Source: Phyllobates terribilis
Taxonomy: Eukaryota
DNA length: 64,000 bases
Assembly (NCBI RefSeq): GCF_046119375.1
Contig: NW_027362763.1
Coordinates: 319,424,001 to 319,488,000, forward strand
Reading direction: 5' to 3'
The notes below the pieces were generated by a model. The model had not been told where the DNA came from, searched no databases, and saw nothing but the letters and a program-made list of their open reading frames with translations. Below are positions 24,683 to 36,859 of this stretch, piece after piece. The number at the start of each line of letters is the position of its first letter. The stretch's first letter is position 1. The translations under genes were made by a program, and so were the position numbers.

Positions 24683-25883
24683 TGACACACTCCCTGGGCC
24701 GTGGGGTACTCGGTGCAGGGCCGGTCGTTGCTAGGGGAGATGTCACAGTGGCGATGACCCGGTCCGTGACCAAGGGCGGTCAATCCAAAGGGGAATTATT
24801 TACAGGGGATTTATAGTTTTTATATAATGTTCGTGACGCCACCTGTGGTATGCGGCTATATGGAGCTGCCGCTGCGGTGCAGATCCTCTGGAGCTGGTGT
24901 GAATGAAGCAGAGTTGGTTTAGCTCTCCACAGGTAGAGATTAGCTCCAGGGCAGTGTAGATGTTGCTGTGTAGTGCAGGGGGTGATTACACAGCAATAAC
25001 TTCACAGAGACAGTGGGGTGCAGTCTTCAGAGTTTACTCACAGCTGTTAAGTTCCTCGGGTAGCACTGTCCAGCTTACAGCCTCCTACGTCGTGCTGCGT
25101 TCACCAGGCAGGGGTTCAGCAAACTCCCAGGTGTTTCAAGAGTGCCTGACAGGACCCCGTTCTATATGACCTTCTCAGCCGTCTTCCTGCACTGGCTCTC
25201 ACCCTTCTTGCCCTGCGCCTCGCCAAACAATGTCCCAAGCCAGTATCCTCGGATCTTTCTTGGCAACCTGGAGTTCCCAGGATCCTACGTGGTTACCCTT
25301 TTGGCGACTTGAGTGAGGACGTGGCAACTGCACCCTGAAAGTACAGAAACCTCCGGTTTCCAGTTGAACCTTGTAATTCTCACTGGTCAGGGGCCGGTCC
25401 CCTCTGCGGCTCGATTCCTCCACCGCCTGGCAGATACGGCCTCCAGCACTGCCCGTACCCCTGGGATCCCTTTCACTTTCCTGGAGCCTCTCTCCTGCTC
25501 CTCTCTCCTTCTCAGTCTTGGGCCTTTCTCTCAGGCCCTCCTCCTGAGCAGAGCTCCTGCTCCCCTCAAACTCTACTGACTGACTCGCTTTTCTTTCCAC
25601 GAAGGTTCCCTCTTTTATATCACTTCTAACAAGTGCTCCCCTGATCTACGTCCCACACCCACTACATGGTTCCCCCTCTCTTGGTTCCCCCCACTCCAAC
25701 CAGGGTCAGGGCTCAGCAGGAAGCGCGACACATCTTGCCCCTCCAGCTGGTCTGGAGTAGTGTAGTGTTGGATGCAGGTGTTAGGGTCCCGGGCAGCACT
25801 CTATCCTTACCTGAGAGTGAGATACAACATCTCTGGGTAAGATGCAGTACCTCTGTGGCGACCGAACCCTCAGGGGCGCCACA
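24683..25883 (-). mobile_element. Solo LTR related to 15809-17050 (1201 bp)
   Basis: Minus strand starts TGTGGCGCCCCTGAGGGTTCGGTCGCCACA and ends GTGTGTCA; TSD GTAG at 24679-24682 and 25884-25887. Confidence 0.9.
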
Positions 25884-26039
25884 GTAGCGCAGCTCCAGGG
25901 GAGCTCTCGTCGCCTCTTCTGACACGTGCCTGTGTGATGTCATTGTGCTAGTGCCAGCATGTACGCGCTGGTCACAAGAAGAAGTGGAGTCCAGGGGCCT
26001 GAAGCAGAGTGCTGGGGGAAAGGAAGCAAGGTGGGTATA

Positions 26040-27664
26040 CAGTACAGACCAAAAGTTTGGACACACCTTCTCATTTAAAGATTTTTCTGTATTTTCTTGA
26101 CTATGAAAATTGTACATTCATACTGAAGGCATCAAAACTATGAATTAACACATGTGGAATTATACTTAACAAAAAAGTGTGAAACAACTGAAAATATGTC
26201 TTATATTCTAGGTTCTTCAAAGTAGCCACCTTTTGCTTTTATGACTGCTTTGCACACTCTTGGCATTCTCTTGATGAGCTTCAAGAGGTAGTCACCGGAA
26301 ATGGTCTTCCAACAATCTTGAAGGAGTTCCCAGAGATGCTTAGCACTTGTTGGCCCTTTTGCCTTCACTCTGCGGTCCAGCTCACCCCAAACCATCTTGA
26401 TTGGGTTCAGGTCTGGTGACTGTGGAGGCCAGGTCATCTGGTGTAGCACCCCATCACTCTCCCTCTTGGTCAAATAGCCCGTACACAGCCTGGAGGTGTG
26501 TTTGGGGTCATTGTCCTGTTGAAAAATAAATGATGGTCCAACTAAACGCAAACCGGATGGAATAGCATGCCGCTGCAAGATGCTGTGGTAGCCATGCTGG
26601 TTCAGTATGCCTTCAATTTTGAATAAATCCCCAACAGTGTCACCAGCAAAGCACCCCCACACCATCAAACCTCCTCCTCCATGCTTCACGGTGGGAACCA
26701 GGCATGTAGAGTCCATCCGTTCACCTTTTCTGCGTCGCACAACGACACGGTGGTTGGAAGCAAAGATCTCAAATTTGGACTCATCAGACCAAAGCTCAGA
26801 TTTCCACTGGTCTAATGTCCATTCCTTGTGTTCTTTAGCCCAAACAAGTCTCTTCTGCTTGTTGCCTGTCCTTAGAAGGTTTCCTAGCAGCTATTTTACC
26901 ATGAAGGCCTGCTGCACAAAGTCTCCTCTTAACAGTTGTTGAAGAGATGTGTCTGCCGCTAGAACTCTGTGTGGCATTGACCTGGTCTCTAATCTGAGCT
27001 GCTGTTAACCTGCGATTTCTGAGGCTGGTGACTCGGATAAACTTATCCTCAGAAGCAGAGGTGACTCTTGGTCTTCCTTTTCTGGGTCGGTCCTCATGTG
27101 ACCCAGTTTCTTTGTGGCGCTTGATGGTTTTTGCAACTGCACTTGGGACACTTTCAAAGTTTGCCCAATTTTTCGCACTGACTGACCTTCATTTCTTAAA
27201 GTAATGATGGCCACTCGTTTTTCTTTACTTAGCTGCTTTTTTCTTGCCATAATACAAATTCTATCAGTCTATTCAGTAGGACTATCAGCTGTGTATCCAC
27301 CAGACTTCTGCACAACACAACTGATGGTCCCAACCCCATTTATAAGGCAAGAAATCCCACTTATTAAACCTGACAGGGCACACCTGTGAAGTGAAAACCA
27401 TTTCCGGTGACTACCTCTTGAAGTTCATCAAGAGAATGCCAAGAGTGTGCAAAGCAGTCATCAAAGCAAAAGGTGGCTACTTTGAAGAACCAAGAATATA
27501 AGACATATTTTCAGTTGTTTCACACTTTTTTGTTAAGTATATAATTCCACATGTGTTAATTCATAGTTTTGATGCCTTCAGTGTGAATGTACAATTTTCA
27601 TAGTCATGAAAATACAGAAAAATCTTTAAATGAGAAGGTGGGTCCAAACTTTTGGTCTGTACTG
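26040..27664 (-). mobile_element. Tc1-like transposon with DD38E spacing (Intruder type), full length, defective
   Basis: ~265-bp TIRs starting CAGTACAGACCAAAAGTTTGGAC that include the last transposase codons; TA flanks. Confidence 0.95.
26201..27250 (-). pseudogene. DD38E transposase, frameshifted, catalytic E replaced by K
   Basis: MARKKQLSKEKR...; SDESKF; QQDNDPKH-38 aa-(E>K)MVW; fragments 27005-27250 and 26201-26740. Confidence 0.9.
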
Positions 27665-27935
27665 TATGTGTTTTCTTTTTAATATGTGTATGAGATGTGC
27701 GCCTGTATTGGGGATCATGCTGTATATAAGAGCTATGTGGGGCCTCATACTGTATATAGGGGGTATGTGGGGTTCATACTATATATAGAATGCTGTGAGG
27801 GCTCATCCTGTATGTAGGGAGCTATGTGGGGGCTTACACTGTATTTAGGGAGCTATATGGGAGGTCACACTGTATATAAGAGCTATGTGGGGGTTTACAC
27901 TGTATATAGGGAGCTATGTGCGGGCTCATACTGTA

Positions 27936-29584
27936 CAGTTATATGAAAAAGTTTGGGCACCCCTATTAATCTTAAGCTTAATGTTTTATAAAAATTGGTG
28001 TTTTTGCAACAGCTATTTCAGTTTGATATATGTAATAACTGTTGGAGACCGTAATGTTTCTGCCTTGAAATGAGGTTTATTGTACTAACAGAAAATGTGC
28101 AATCTGCATTCAAACAAAATTTGACAGGTGCCTAAGTATGGGCACCTCACCAGAAAAGTGACATTAATATTTAGTAGATCCTCCTTTTGCAAAAATAACA
28201 GCCTCTAGTTGCTTCCTGTAGCTTTTAATGATTTCCTGGATCCTGGATGAAGGTATTTTTGACCATTCCTCTTTACAAAACAATTCCAGTTCAGTTAAGT
28301 TTGATGGTCGCCGAGCATGGACAGTCCTCTTCAAATGATCCCACAGATGTTCTATGATATTCAGGTCTGGGGACTGGGATGGCCATTCCAGAACATTGTA
28401 ATTGTTCCTCTGCATGAATGCCTGAGTAGATTTGGAGCGGTGTTTTGGATCATTGTCTTGCTGAAAGATCCATCCCCTGCGTAACTTCAACTTTGTCACT
28501 GATTCTTGAACATTATTGTCAAGAATCTGCTGATACTGAGTGAAATCCATGCGTTCCTCAACTTTAACAAGATTCCCGGTGCCGGCATTGGCCACACAGC
28601 CCCAAAGCATGATGGAACCTCCACCAAATTTTACTGTGGGTAGCAAGTGTTTTTCTTGGAATGCTGTGTTTTTTTGCCGCCATGCATAACGCCTTTTTGT
28701 ATGACCAAACAACTCAATCTTGGTTTCATCAGTCCACAGGACCTTCTTCCAAAAAGAAATTGGCTTCTCCAAATGTGCTTTTGCATACCTCAGCCGACTC
28801 TGTTTGTGGCGTGCTTGCAGAAACGGCCTCTTTCGCATCACTCTCCCATACAGCTTCTCCTTGTGCAAAGTGCGTTGTATAGTTGACCGATGCACAGTGA
28901 CACCATCTGCAACAAGTTGATGCGCAGCTCTCTGGAGGTGGTCTGAGGATTCTCCTTGACTGATCTCACCATTCTTCTTCTCTGCCTTTCTGATGTTTTT
29001 CTTGGCCTGCCACTTCTGGCCTTAACAAAATCTGTCCCTGTGTTCTTCCATTTCCTTACTATGTTCCTCACAGTGGAAACTGACAGGTTAAATCTCTGAG
29101 ACAGCTTTTTGTATCCTTCCCCTGAGCAACTATGTTGAATAATCTTTGTTTTCAGATCATTTGACAGTTGTTTTGAGGAGCCCATGATGCCACTCTTCAG
29201 AGGAGATTCAAACAGGAGAACAACTTGCAAGTGGCCACTTTAAGTAGCTTTTCTCATGATTGCATACACCAGGCTATGAAGTTCAAAGCTCAATGAGGTT
29301 ACAAAGCCAAAAAAAGTGCTTTAGTAAGTCAGTAAAAAGTAGGTAGGAGTATTTAAAACAAGAAAATGATAAGGGTGCCCATACTTATGCACCTGTCAAA
29401 TTTTGTTTGAATGCAGATTGCACATTTTCTGTTAGTACAATAAACCTCATTTCAAGGCAGAAACATTACTGTGTTCAACAGTTATTACATATATCAAACT
29501 GAAATAGCTGTTGCAAAAACACCAATTTTTATAAAACATTAAGCTTAAGATTAATAGGGGTGCCCAAACTTTTTCATATGACTG
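27936..29584 (-). mobile_element. Tc1 transposon (DD34E), full length
   Basis: ~210-bp TIRs starting CAGT(T/C)ATATGAAAAAGTTTGGGCACCCC; TA flanks within the minisatellite. Confidence 0.95.
28164..29185 (-). pseudogene. Tc1 DD34E transposase with one frameshift near 28920
   Basis: MGSSKQLSNDLK...GRPRK; WTDETK; QQDNDPKH-34 aa-EHLW. Confidence 0.92.
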
Positions 29585-30194
29585 TATATAGGCAGCTATG
29601 TGGGGGCTCATACTGTATATAGAACGCTATGTGAGGGCTCATCCTGTATATAGGGAGCTATGTGGGGGCTCACACTGTATTTAGGGAGCTATGTGGTAGG
29701 TCACACTGTATATAAGAGCTATGTGGGGGCTCACACTGTATATAAGGAGCTATGTGCAAGCTCATACTGTATATAGGCAGCTATGTGGGGGCTTATACTG
29801 TATATAATAGGCTTTGTGGGGTCTCATACTATATATAGGGGGTTATGCGGGGCTCATACTGTATATAGGGAGCTATGTAGGGGCTCATACTGTATATAAG
29901 GGGCAATGTGTGGGCTCATTCTATATATAGGCAGCTATGTAGGGGCTTATACTGTATATAGGAGGCTATGTGGGGCCTCATACTATATACAGGGGCTATA
30001 TGAGGGCTCATAGTGTATATAGAGATTCTGTGTGGGGCTCATACTGTATATAGGATGCTAAGGGAGGGTTCATCCTGTATATAGAGAGGCTATATGAGGG
30101 TTTACACTGTATATAGGGAGCTATATAGGGGCTTACACTATATTTAGGGAGCTATGTGGGAGGTCACACTATATAAGAGCGATATGTATGGAGA

Positions 30195-30924
30195 GTTATA
30201 AGGGGACCGGTATCCTGTATGGAGCATTATAAGGGGACCGGTATCCTGTATGGAGCGTTATATGGGGGCCAGTATCCTGTATGGAGTTTTATAAGGGGAC
30301 CAGTATCCTGTATGGAACATTATATGGGGGCCAGTATTCCGTATGGAGCCTTATATGGAGGCCAGTATTCCGTATGGAGCCTTATATGGGGGCCAGTATT
30401 CCGTATGGGGCATAATATGGGGGCCAGTATTCCGTATAGAGCCTTATATGGGGGCCAGTATTCCGTATGGAGCCTTATATGGGGGCCAGTATTCCATATG
30501 GAGCCTTATATGGGGGCCAGTATTCCGTATGGAGCCTTATATGGGGGGCCAGTATTCCGTATGGAGCCTTATATGGAGGCCAGTATTCCGTATGGGGCCT
30601 TATATGGGGGCCAGTATTCCGTATGGGGCCTTATATGGGGGCCAGTATTCCGTATGGAGCCTTACATGGGGGCCAGTATTCCGTATGGGGCCTTACATGG
30701 GGGCCAGTATTCCGTATGGAGCCTTATATGGGGGCCAGTATTCCGTATGGAGCCTTATATGGGGGCCAGTATTCCGTATGAAGCGTTATATGGGGGCCAG
30801 TATTCCGTATGGAGCCTTATATGGGGGCCAGTATTCTGTGTGGAGCGATTCACCGGTTTCTGAGCTATTGTGGAATTTACAATAGATATCACTCATGTAA
30901 TGTAAGAAGTGAAATCTTTGCATT

Positions 30925-30981
<57 letters not shown>

Positions 30982-31076
30982 TCCGCTGTATCTCTGCATC
31001 ATGAATCGTGGTATGTGTTAAAGGGGCCCACTGAGACTCTTTCGCCCGGGGCCCAGAAAAACCTGGAGCCGCCCTG
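30195..31076 (-). mobile_element. Truncated non-autonomous element carrying a 27-bp minisatellite (inverted partner of 33522-36232)
   Basis: 30841-31076 is the reverse complement of 33522-33725 and ends CCTGGAGCCGCCCTG; 27-bp units 30220-30840; (TA)n 30929-30978. Confidence 0.75.
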
Positions 31077-32539
31077 CTATGTGGGACCGCATACTGTATA
31101 TAGGGGGCTATGTGGGGCTCATACTGTATATAGGAAGCTATGTAGGGGCTCATACTGTATATAGGATACTATGTGATGGCTTATACTGTATATAGGATAC
31201 TATGTGATGGCTCATACGGTATATAGAAAGGACATATGAGGGCTCAGACTGTATATAGGGAGCTATGTGGGGCTTACGCTGTATTTAGGCAGCTATGTGG
31301 GGGCTCATACTGTATCTAGGGAACTATGTGGGGGCTCATACTGTATCTAGGGAACTATGTGGGAGCTCACACTACATATATGAGATATGTGGGGGCTCAT
31401 GCTGTATATAGAGAGCTATGTGGGGGTTGATACTGTGATCACAGCAGCAGCAGCAGTTCCCCAAACCCTGTTCCAGTCCCCTCTAATCCCCACTCTGAAT
31501 TTAATTTTTGGCACACTTTTTTTGCGTTTTTTTTCGTGTGTGGGGTGTCCTGCGTTGAGCATTCGTGCTTTTCCCATGGCCGCAGCGCTCTAATAAGTAT
31601 TGCTGCTGATCAGAGTCTGCACCAAGGAACTTTTTCTATTTTTAGTTAGAGTAGTGGACGTCACAATGTAAGTGACGTCTGATATTTTTTTCGAAAAAAA
31701 AAATAATGGTAGTTAGTACAGAGTAGTTTTATAGGTAAGGAGTTAACGCATTAGAGAAGCGGACGTCACAGTGTTTGGTGACGTTCAGTTTTGTTGTAGA
31801 GGAAAATAAATTGTACAGAGTAGTTTTATAGGTAGTGAGGTAGCGTATTAGAGTAGCGGACGTCACTGTGTTAGTGACGTACGATTTTCTTTTACTAAAG
31901 AAAAATCATAGTTAGTACAGAGTAGCCTTATAGTTAGGGAGGTAGCGTTTTTCTTTCGTATACATTTTTTTTTTACCTCCGGGTAATTTCTTAACTAGTG
32001 CATTAGGGGAGTGGACGTCGCATTGTTAGTGACGTTCGTTTTTCTTTGGCAAAAAAAGAATTGTTTGCATCTAATAAATTTTTAGCGAGTGTATTAGGTG
32101 AGCATATGTTGCAGTGTTGGCGACATCCGTTTTTCTTTTGCAAAAAAAAAAAATATTTGTGTTGAGTAAATTTTAAGCGAGTGCATTAGGGGAGCGTATG
32201 TCGCATTGTTAGTGACGTCCGTTTTTCTTTTGTAAAAAATATAATTGTTTGTGCCAAGTAAATTTTTAGCTAGTGCATTAGGGGAGCGTATGTCGCAGTG
32301 TTGGTGACGTCCAGTGATCTTTTGCAAAAAAAAAAAAGTATACAAACTGTTTTTTACATCTGATTTTTCTTTTCATTTTTTCTTCCAAGTGTTTCTTCTA
32401 AATTTTTCCTTTTTACTTTTTTTTTCTCTACTTTTTTTCTCTCTACTTTTATAGTACCCCTTACACAAGCCCCACACAAAACATAGGTAAAAGCACCACT
32501 TGCACACACATCCCCCATGTTTTGAAAAACAAAATAAAA

Positions 32540-35500
32540 ATGGCCCATTCGTCAAAAAGACGTTATTCACCAGAGGAGGCATACGCTTTCCTTGCCTCCG
32601 ACACGGATTCAACAAGTGAAGAAAATCCCACATTCCTCTATTCCTCCATCTCCTCATCATCTAGTGAGGAAGGACCCCCAGCAAGGAGCCCTAGGACCCA
32701 GGCAACCCATACAGAAATCGATCCCATATGGACTGCACCGCCCCAAAATTATCAGCCTGTTATTCTGGATTTCATCAGCAGCTCAGGAATCCAAATTGAT
32801 GTTACAGGCCTTACTGAAATTGACTTCTTCAAATTCTTTTTCAATGAGGAAATAATAAATGTTATGGTGGACCAGAGAAATTTGTATGCCCATCAATTTT
32901 TCACCCAAAATCCGACGTCATCATAAGCCAGATGGACTCCTGTAAATGCAGCAGAGATGATGACATTTTGGGGCATTGTGCTGCATATGGGCATAGTCAG
33001 AAAACCAGAGATTCGGCAATACTGTAGTACTGATATTCTCTACAGCACACCGGTATTCCATATGGCCACGACAAGGACACGATTTGAAGTAATCCAAAAA
33101 ATTTTGCATTATAGTGATAATGCGCAGTGTCCTTCCCAAGACGATCCTAACTTTGTTCGTCTATACAAAATTCGGCCAGTAGTTGAACACTTCAGCAGAA
33201 AATTTGCTGAGGCATACAGCCACCAAAGGGATATCGCTATAGATGAATCTCTGGTACATTTCAAAGCGAGTATAAAATTCCGACAATACCTGACCCGTAA
33301 GAGGGCCAGGTACGGCATTAAACAAGCTATACAAGCTGTGCGAGAGTACCTCAGATTACACCCACAGATTTAGGGTCTATGAGGGGAAGAACACCCAAAC
33401 TGAATGCCCCCTGTCCTGGGGGTGAGTGGGAAAATTGTGTGGGAATTGCTGCACCCACTGCTGGATAACAGTTATCATCTCTACATTAATAACTTTTACA
33501 CCAGCATCCCACTCTTCAAGACAGGGCCGGCTCCAGGTTTTTCTGGGCCCCGGGCGAAAGAGTCTCAGTGGGCCCCTTTAACACATACCACGATTCATGA
33601 TGCACAGATACTGCAGAGAAATATATATATAGTACAATGCCAAAGATTTCACTCCTTACATTACATGAGTGATATCTATTGTAAATTCCACAATAGCTCA
33701 GAAACTGGCGAATTGCTCCTCACAGTATACTGGCCCCCATAAAATGCTCCATGCAGAATACTGGCCCGCATATAACACTCCATATGGAATACTGGCCCCC
33801 ATATAATGCTCCATACAGAATACTGGCCCCCATATAACGCTCCATATAGAATACTGGCCCCCATACAACGCTCCATACAGAATACTGGCCCCCATAAAAC
33901 GCTCCATACAGGATACTGGCCCCCATATAATGATCCATGCAGGCTGTTCCCCCCACATAATGCCCTATGCAGGCTGTTCCCCCCTTATAATGCCCCATGC
34001 AGGCTGTTCCCCCCCTTATAATGCCCCATGCAGGATGTCACCCCCATATAATGCCCCATGCAGGATGTCACCCCCCCATATAATGCCCCATGCAGGATGT
34101 CACCCCCCCATATAATGCCCCATGCAGGATGTCACCCCTAATATAATGCCCCATGCAGGATGTCCCTTCCCCCCCATATAACGCCCCATGCAGGATGTCA
34201 CCCCTAATATAATGCCCCATGCAGGATGTCCCTTCCCCTTCCTATAATGCCCCATGCAGGATGTCACCGACCAAATAATGCCCCATACAGGATGTCACCC
34301 CCCATATAATGCCCCATGCAATATGTCACCCCCCATATAATGCCCCATGCAGGATGTCACTTTCCCCCATATAATGCCCCATGCAGGATATCACTTCTCC
34401 CCCCATATAATGCCCCATGCAGGATGTCACTTCCTCCCCATATAATGCCCCATGCAGGATGTCACTTCCCCCCATAAAATGCCCCATGCAGGTTGTCCCT
34501 TTCCCCCCCATATAATGCCCCATGCAGGATATCACTTATCCCCCCCATATAATGCCCCATGCAGGATGTCACTTCCCCCCCCATATAATGCCCCATGCAG
34601 GATGTCACTTTTCCCCCCATAAAATGCCCCATGCAGGATGTCCCTTTCCCCCCATATAATGCCCCATGCAGGATGTCCCTTTCCCCCACCATATAATGCC
34701 CCATGCAGGATGTCTCCCCCTCTTTATAATGCCCCATGCAGGATATCACCCCCCCTCTCTTTATAATGCCCCATGCAGGATGTCAACCCCCTCTTTATAA
34801 TGCCCCATGCAGGATGTCACCCCCCATATAATGCCCCATGCAATATGTCACCCCCCATATAATGCCCCATGCAGGATGTCCCTTTCCCCACCCATATAAT
34901 GCCCCATGCAGGATATCACTTCTCCCCCCATATAATGCCCCATGCAGGATGTCACTTCCTCCCCATATAATGCCCCATGCAGGATGTCACTTCCCCCCAT
35001 ATAATGCCCCATGCAGGTTGTCCCTTTCCCCCCCATATAATGCCCCATGCAGGATATCACTTATCCCCCCCATATGATGCCCCATGCAGGATGTCACTTC
35101 CCCCCCCATATAATGCCCCATGCAGGATGTCACTTTTCCCCCCATAAAATGCCCCATGCAGGATGTCCCTTTCCCCCCATATAATGCCCCATGCAGGATG
35201 TCCCTTTCCCCCACCATATAATGCCCAATGCAGGATGTTTCCCCCTCTTTATAATGCCCCATGCAGGATATCACCCCCCCTCTCTTTATAATGCCCCATG
35301 CAGGATGTCAACCCCCTCTTTATAATGCCCCATGCAGGATGTCACCCCCCATATAATGCCCCATGCAATATGTCACCCCCCATATAATGCCCCATGCAGG
35401 ATGTCCCTTTCCCCACCCATATAATGCCCCATGCAGGATATCACTTCTCCACCCATATAATGCCCCATGCAGGATGTCACTTCCTCCTCATATAATGCCC

Positions 35501-36693
35501 CATGCAGGATGTCACTTCCCCCCATATAATGCCCTATACAGGATGTCCCTTCCCCCCATATAATGCCCCATGCAGGATATCACTTATCCCCCCCATATAA
35601 TGCCCCATGCAGGATGTCACTTCCCCCCCCCATATAATGCCCCATGCAGGATGTCACTTTTCCCCCCATAAAATGCCCCATGCAGGATGTCCCTTTCCCC
35701 CCATATAATGCCCCATGCAGGATGTTCCTTTCCCCCACCATATAATGCCCCATGCAGGATGTCACCCCCTCTTTATAATGCCCCATGCAGGATATCACCC
35801 CCCTCTCTTTATAATGCCCCATGCAGGATGTCAACACCCTCTTTATAATGCCCCATGCAGGATGTCACCCCCCGAATATAATGCCCCATGCAGGATGTCA
35901 CCCCCCATATAATGCCAAATGCAGGATGTCACCCTCCCATATAATGCCCCATGCCTCCATACATAAAAAAAAAAATATCAAATACTCACCTCACTCCTCC
36001 TCGCCTGCTTCTGATCAGGTCCGGATTCCAGCGTCTTCCTGCTCTGCGCTGCCTGTGACCGCTCAGGGGAGGGCGCGGTGGAAAGACGTCACCGCACCCT
36101 CTGACCTGAGACGTTGCAGGGAGCGCACAGCAGGAAGACAGCGGATCTGGGAAGGCATGGGGAGAGGTAAGGATCCGGCTGCTGGGGCCCTGAGCAAGCG
36201 GGGGAGAAGGGCGGGCGCTGGCACCGCTCTCCTCCTCTTGGATTATAATAAGTACATGGGGGATGTAGATCTCTCAGATCAGGTCCTCAAACCATACAGT
36301 GTCATGCGAAAAGCTAAAGTATGGTACAAAAAATTGGCCATGCACATTGTACAGATGGCTCTGTACAATGCTTTTGTGCTGTTTCGATCTGCTGGCAATA
36401 CAGGGATCTTCCTTCAGTTTCAGGAGGTAGTCATCAAGGCCCTAATGTTTGGCACTCAGGAAGGTGAGGGTCCCAGTACTTCTGAAACTGATAGTGCCCA
36501 TATCGTTCCAGGTCAACATTTTCGGGGAGAGGTTCCCCAGACAGAGAAGAAGGGAAGATCACAAAAATGGTGCAGAGTATGTCCCAAGAGGGGAATTTGA
36601 AAAGACACAAATTACCTTTGTGAAACCTGCCCTGAGAAGCCTGGCATTTGCATTAAGGATTGCTTCAAATTATACCACACATCCACAAATTAA
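32540..36693 (+). pseudogene. piggyBac (PGBD4-like) transposase, interrupted and degenerate
   Basis: IAIDESL, HLYINNFYTS, YNKYMGDVDLSDQ motifs and C-terminal CRVC...CETC...CIKDC cysteine-rich domain; stops, frameshift, 2.7-kb insertion at 33522 with loss of coding sequence. Confidence 0.92.
33522..36232 (+). mobile_element. Non-autonomous element (end CAGGGCCGGCTCCAGG) carrying a ~2.2-kb minisatellite, inserted in the piggyBac ORF
   Basis: Terminal 200 bp match 30841-31076 inverted; array of ATAATGCCCCATGCAGGATGTCACCCCC units 33730-35955; matching right TIR not found. Confidence 0.7.
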
Positions 36694-36859
36694 TAAAATT
36701 AGTTTTTCCCCTGTTGACACAACACACTTTTATAATCTGATGTACACAGCAGAACTTACACATACCACCACATTATAAATCCATACGCCAGTAAAACCAA
36801 AAGCATTATATTCATTACTATAAAACTATACCTCTAGATAAATTCCTGGGCTTAAAGAT

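Larger units (their letters stand above)
27690..31430. repeat. ~30-bp minisatellite (GGGAGCTATGTGGGGGCTCATACTGTATATA) in three blocks: 27690-27935, 29585-30185, 31077-31430
   Basis: Same unit on both sides of the Tc1 insertion and of the 30195-31076 element. Confidence 0.85.

Noticed and set aside
30219-30885. Long ORFs with GASIPYGALYGGQYSVW repeats
   Set aside because: Translation of a 27-bp minisatellite, open in all frames; no evidence of coding function
33676-35960. Many ORFs with MPHAGC / SCMGHYMG repeats
   Set aside because: Artefacts of the minisatellite array
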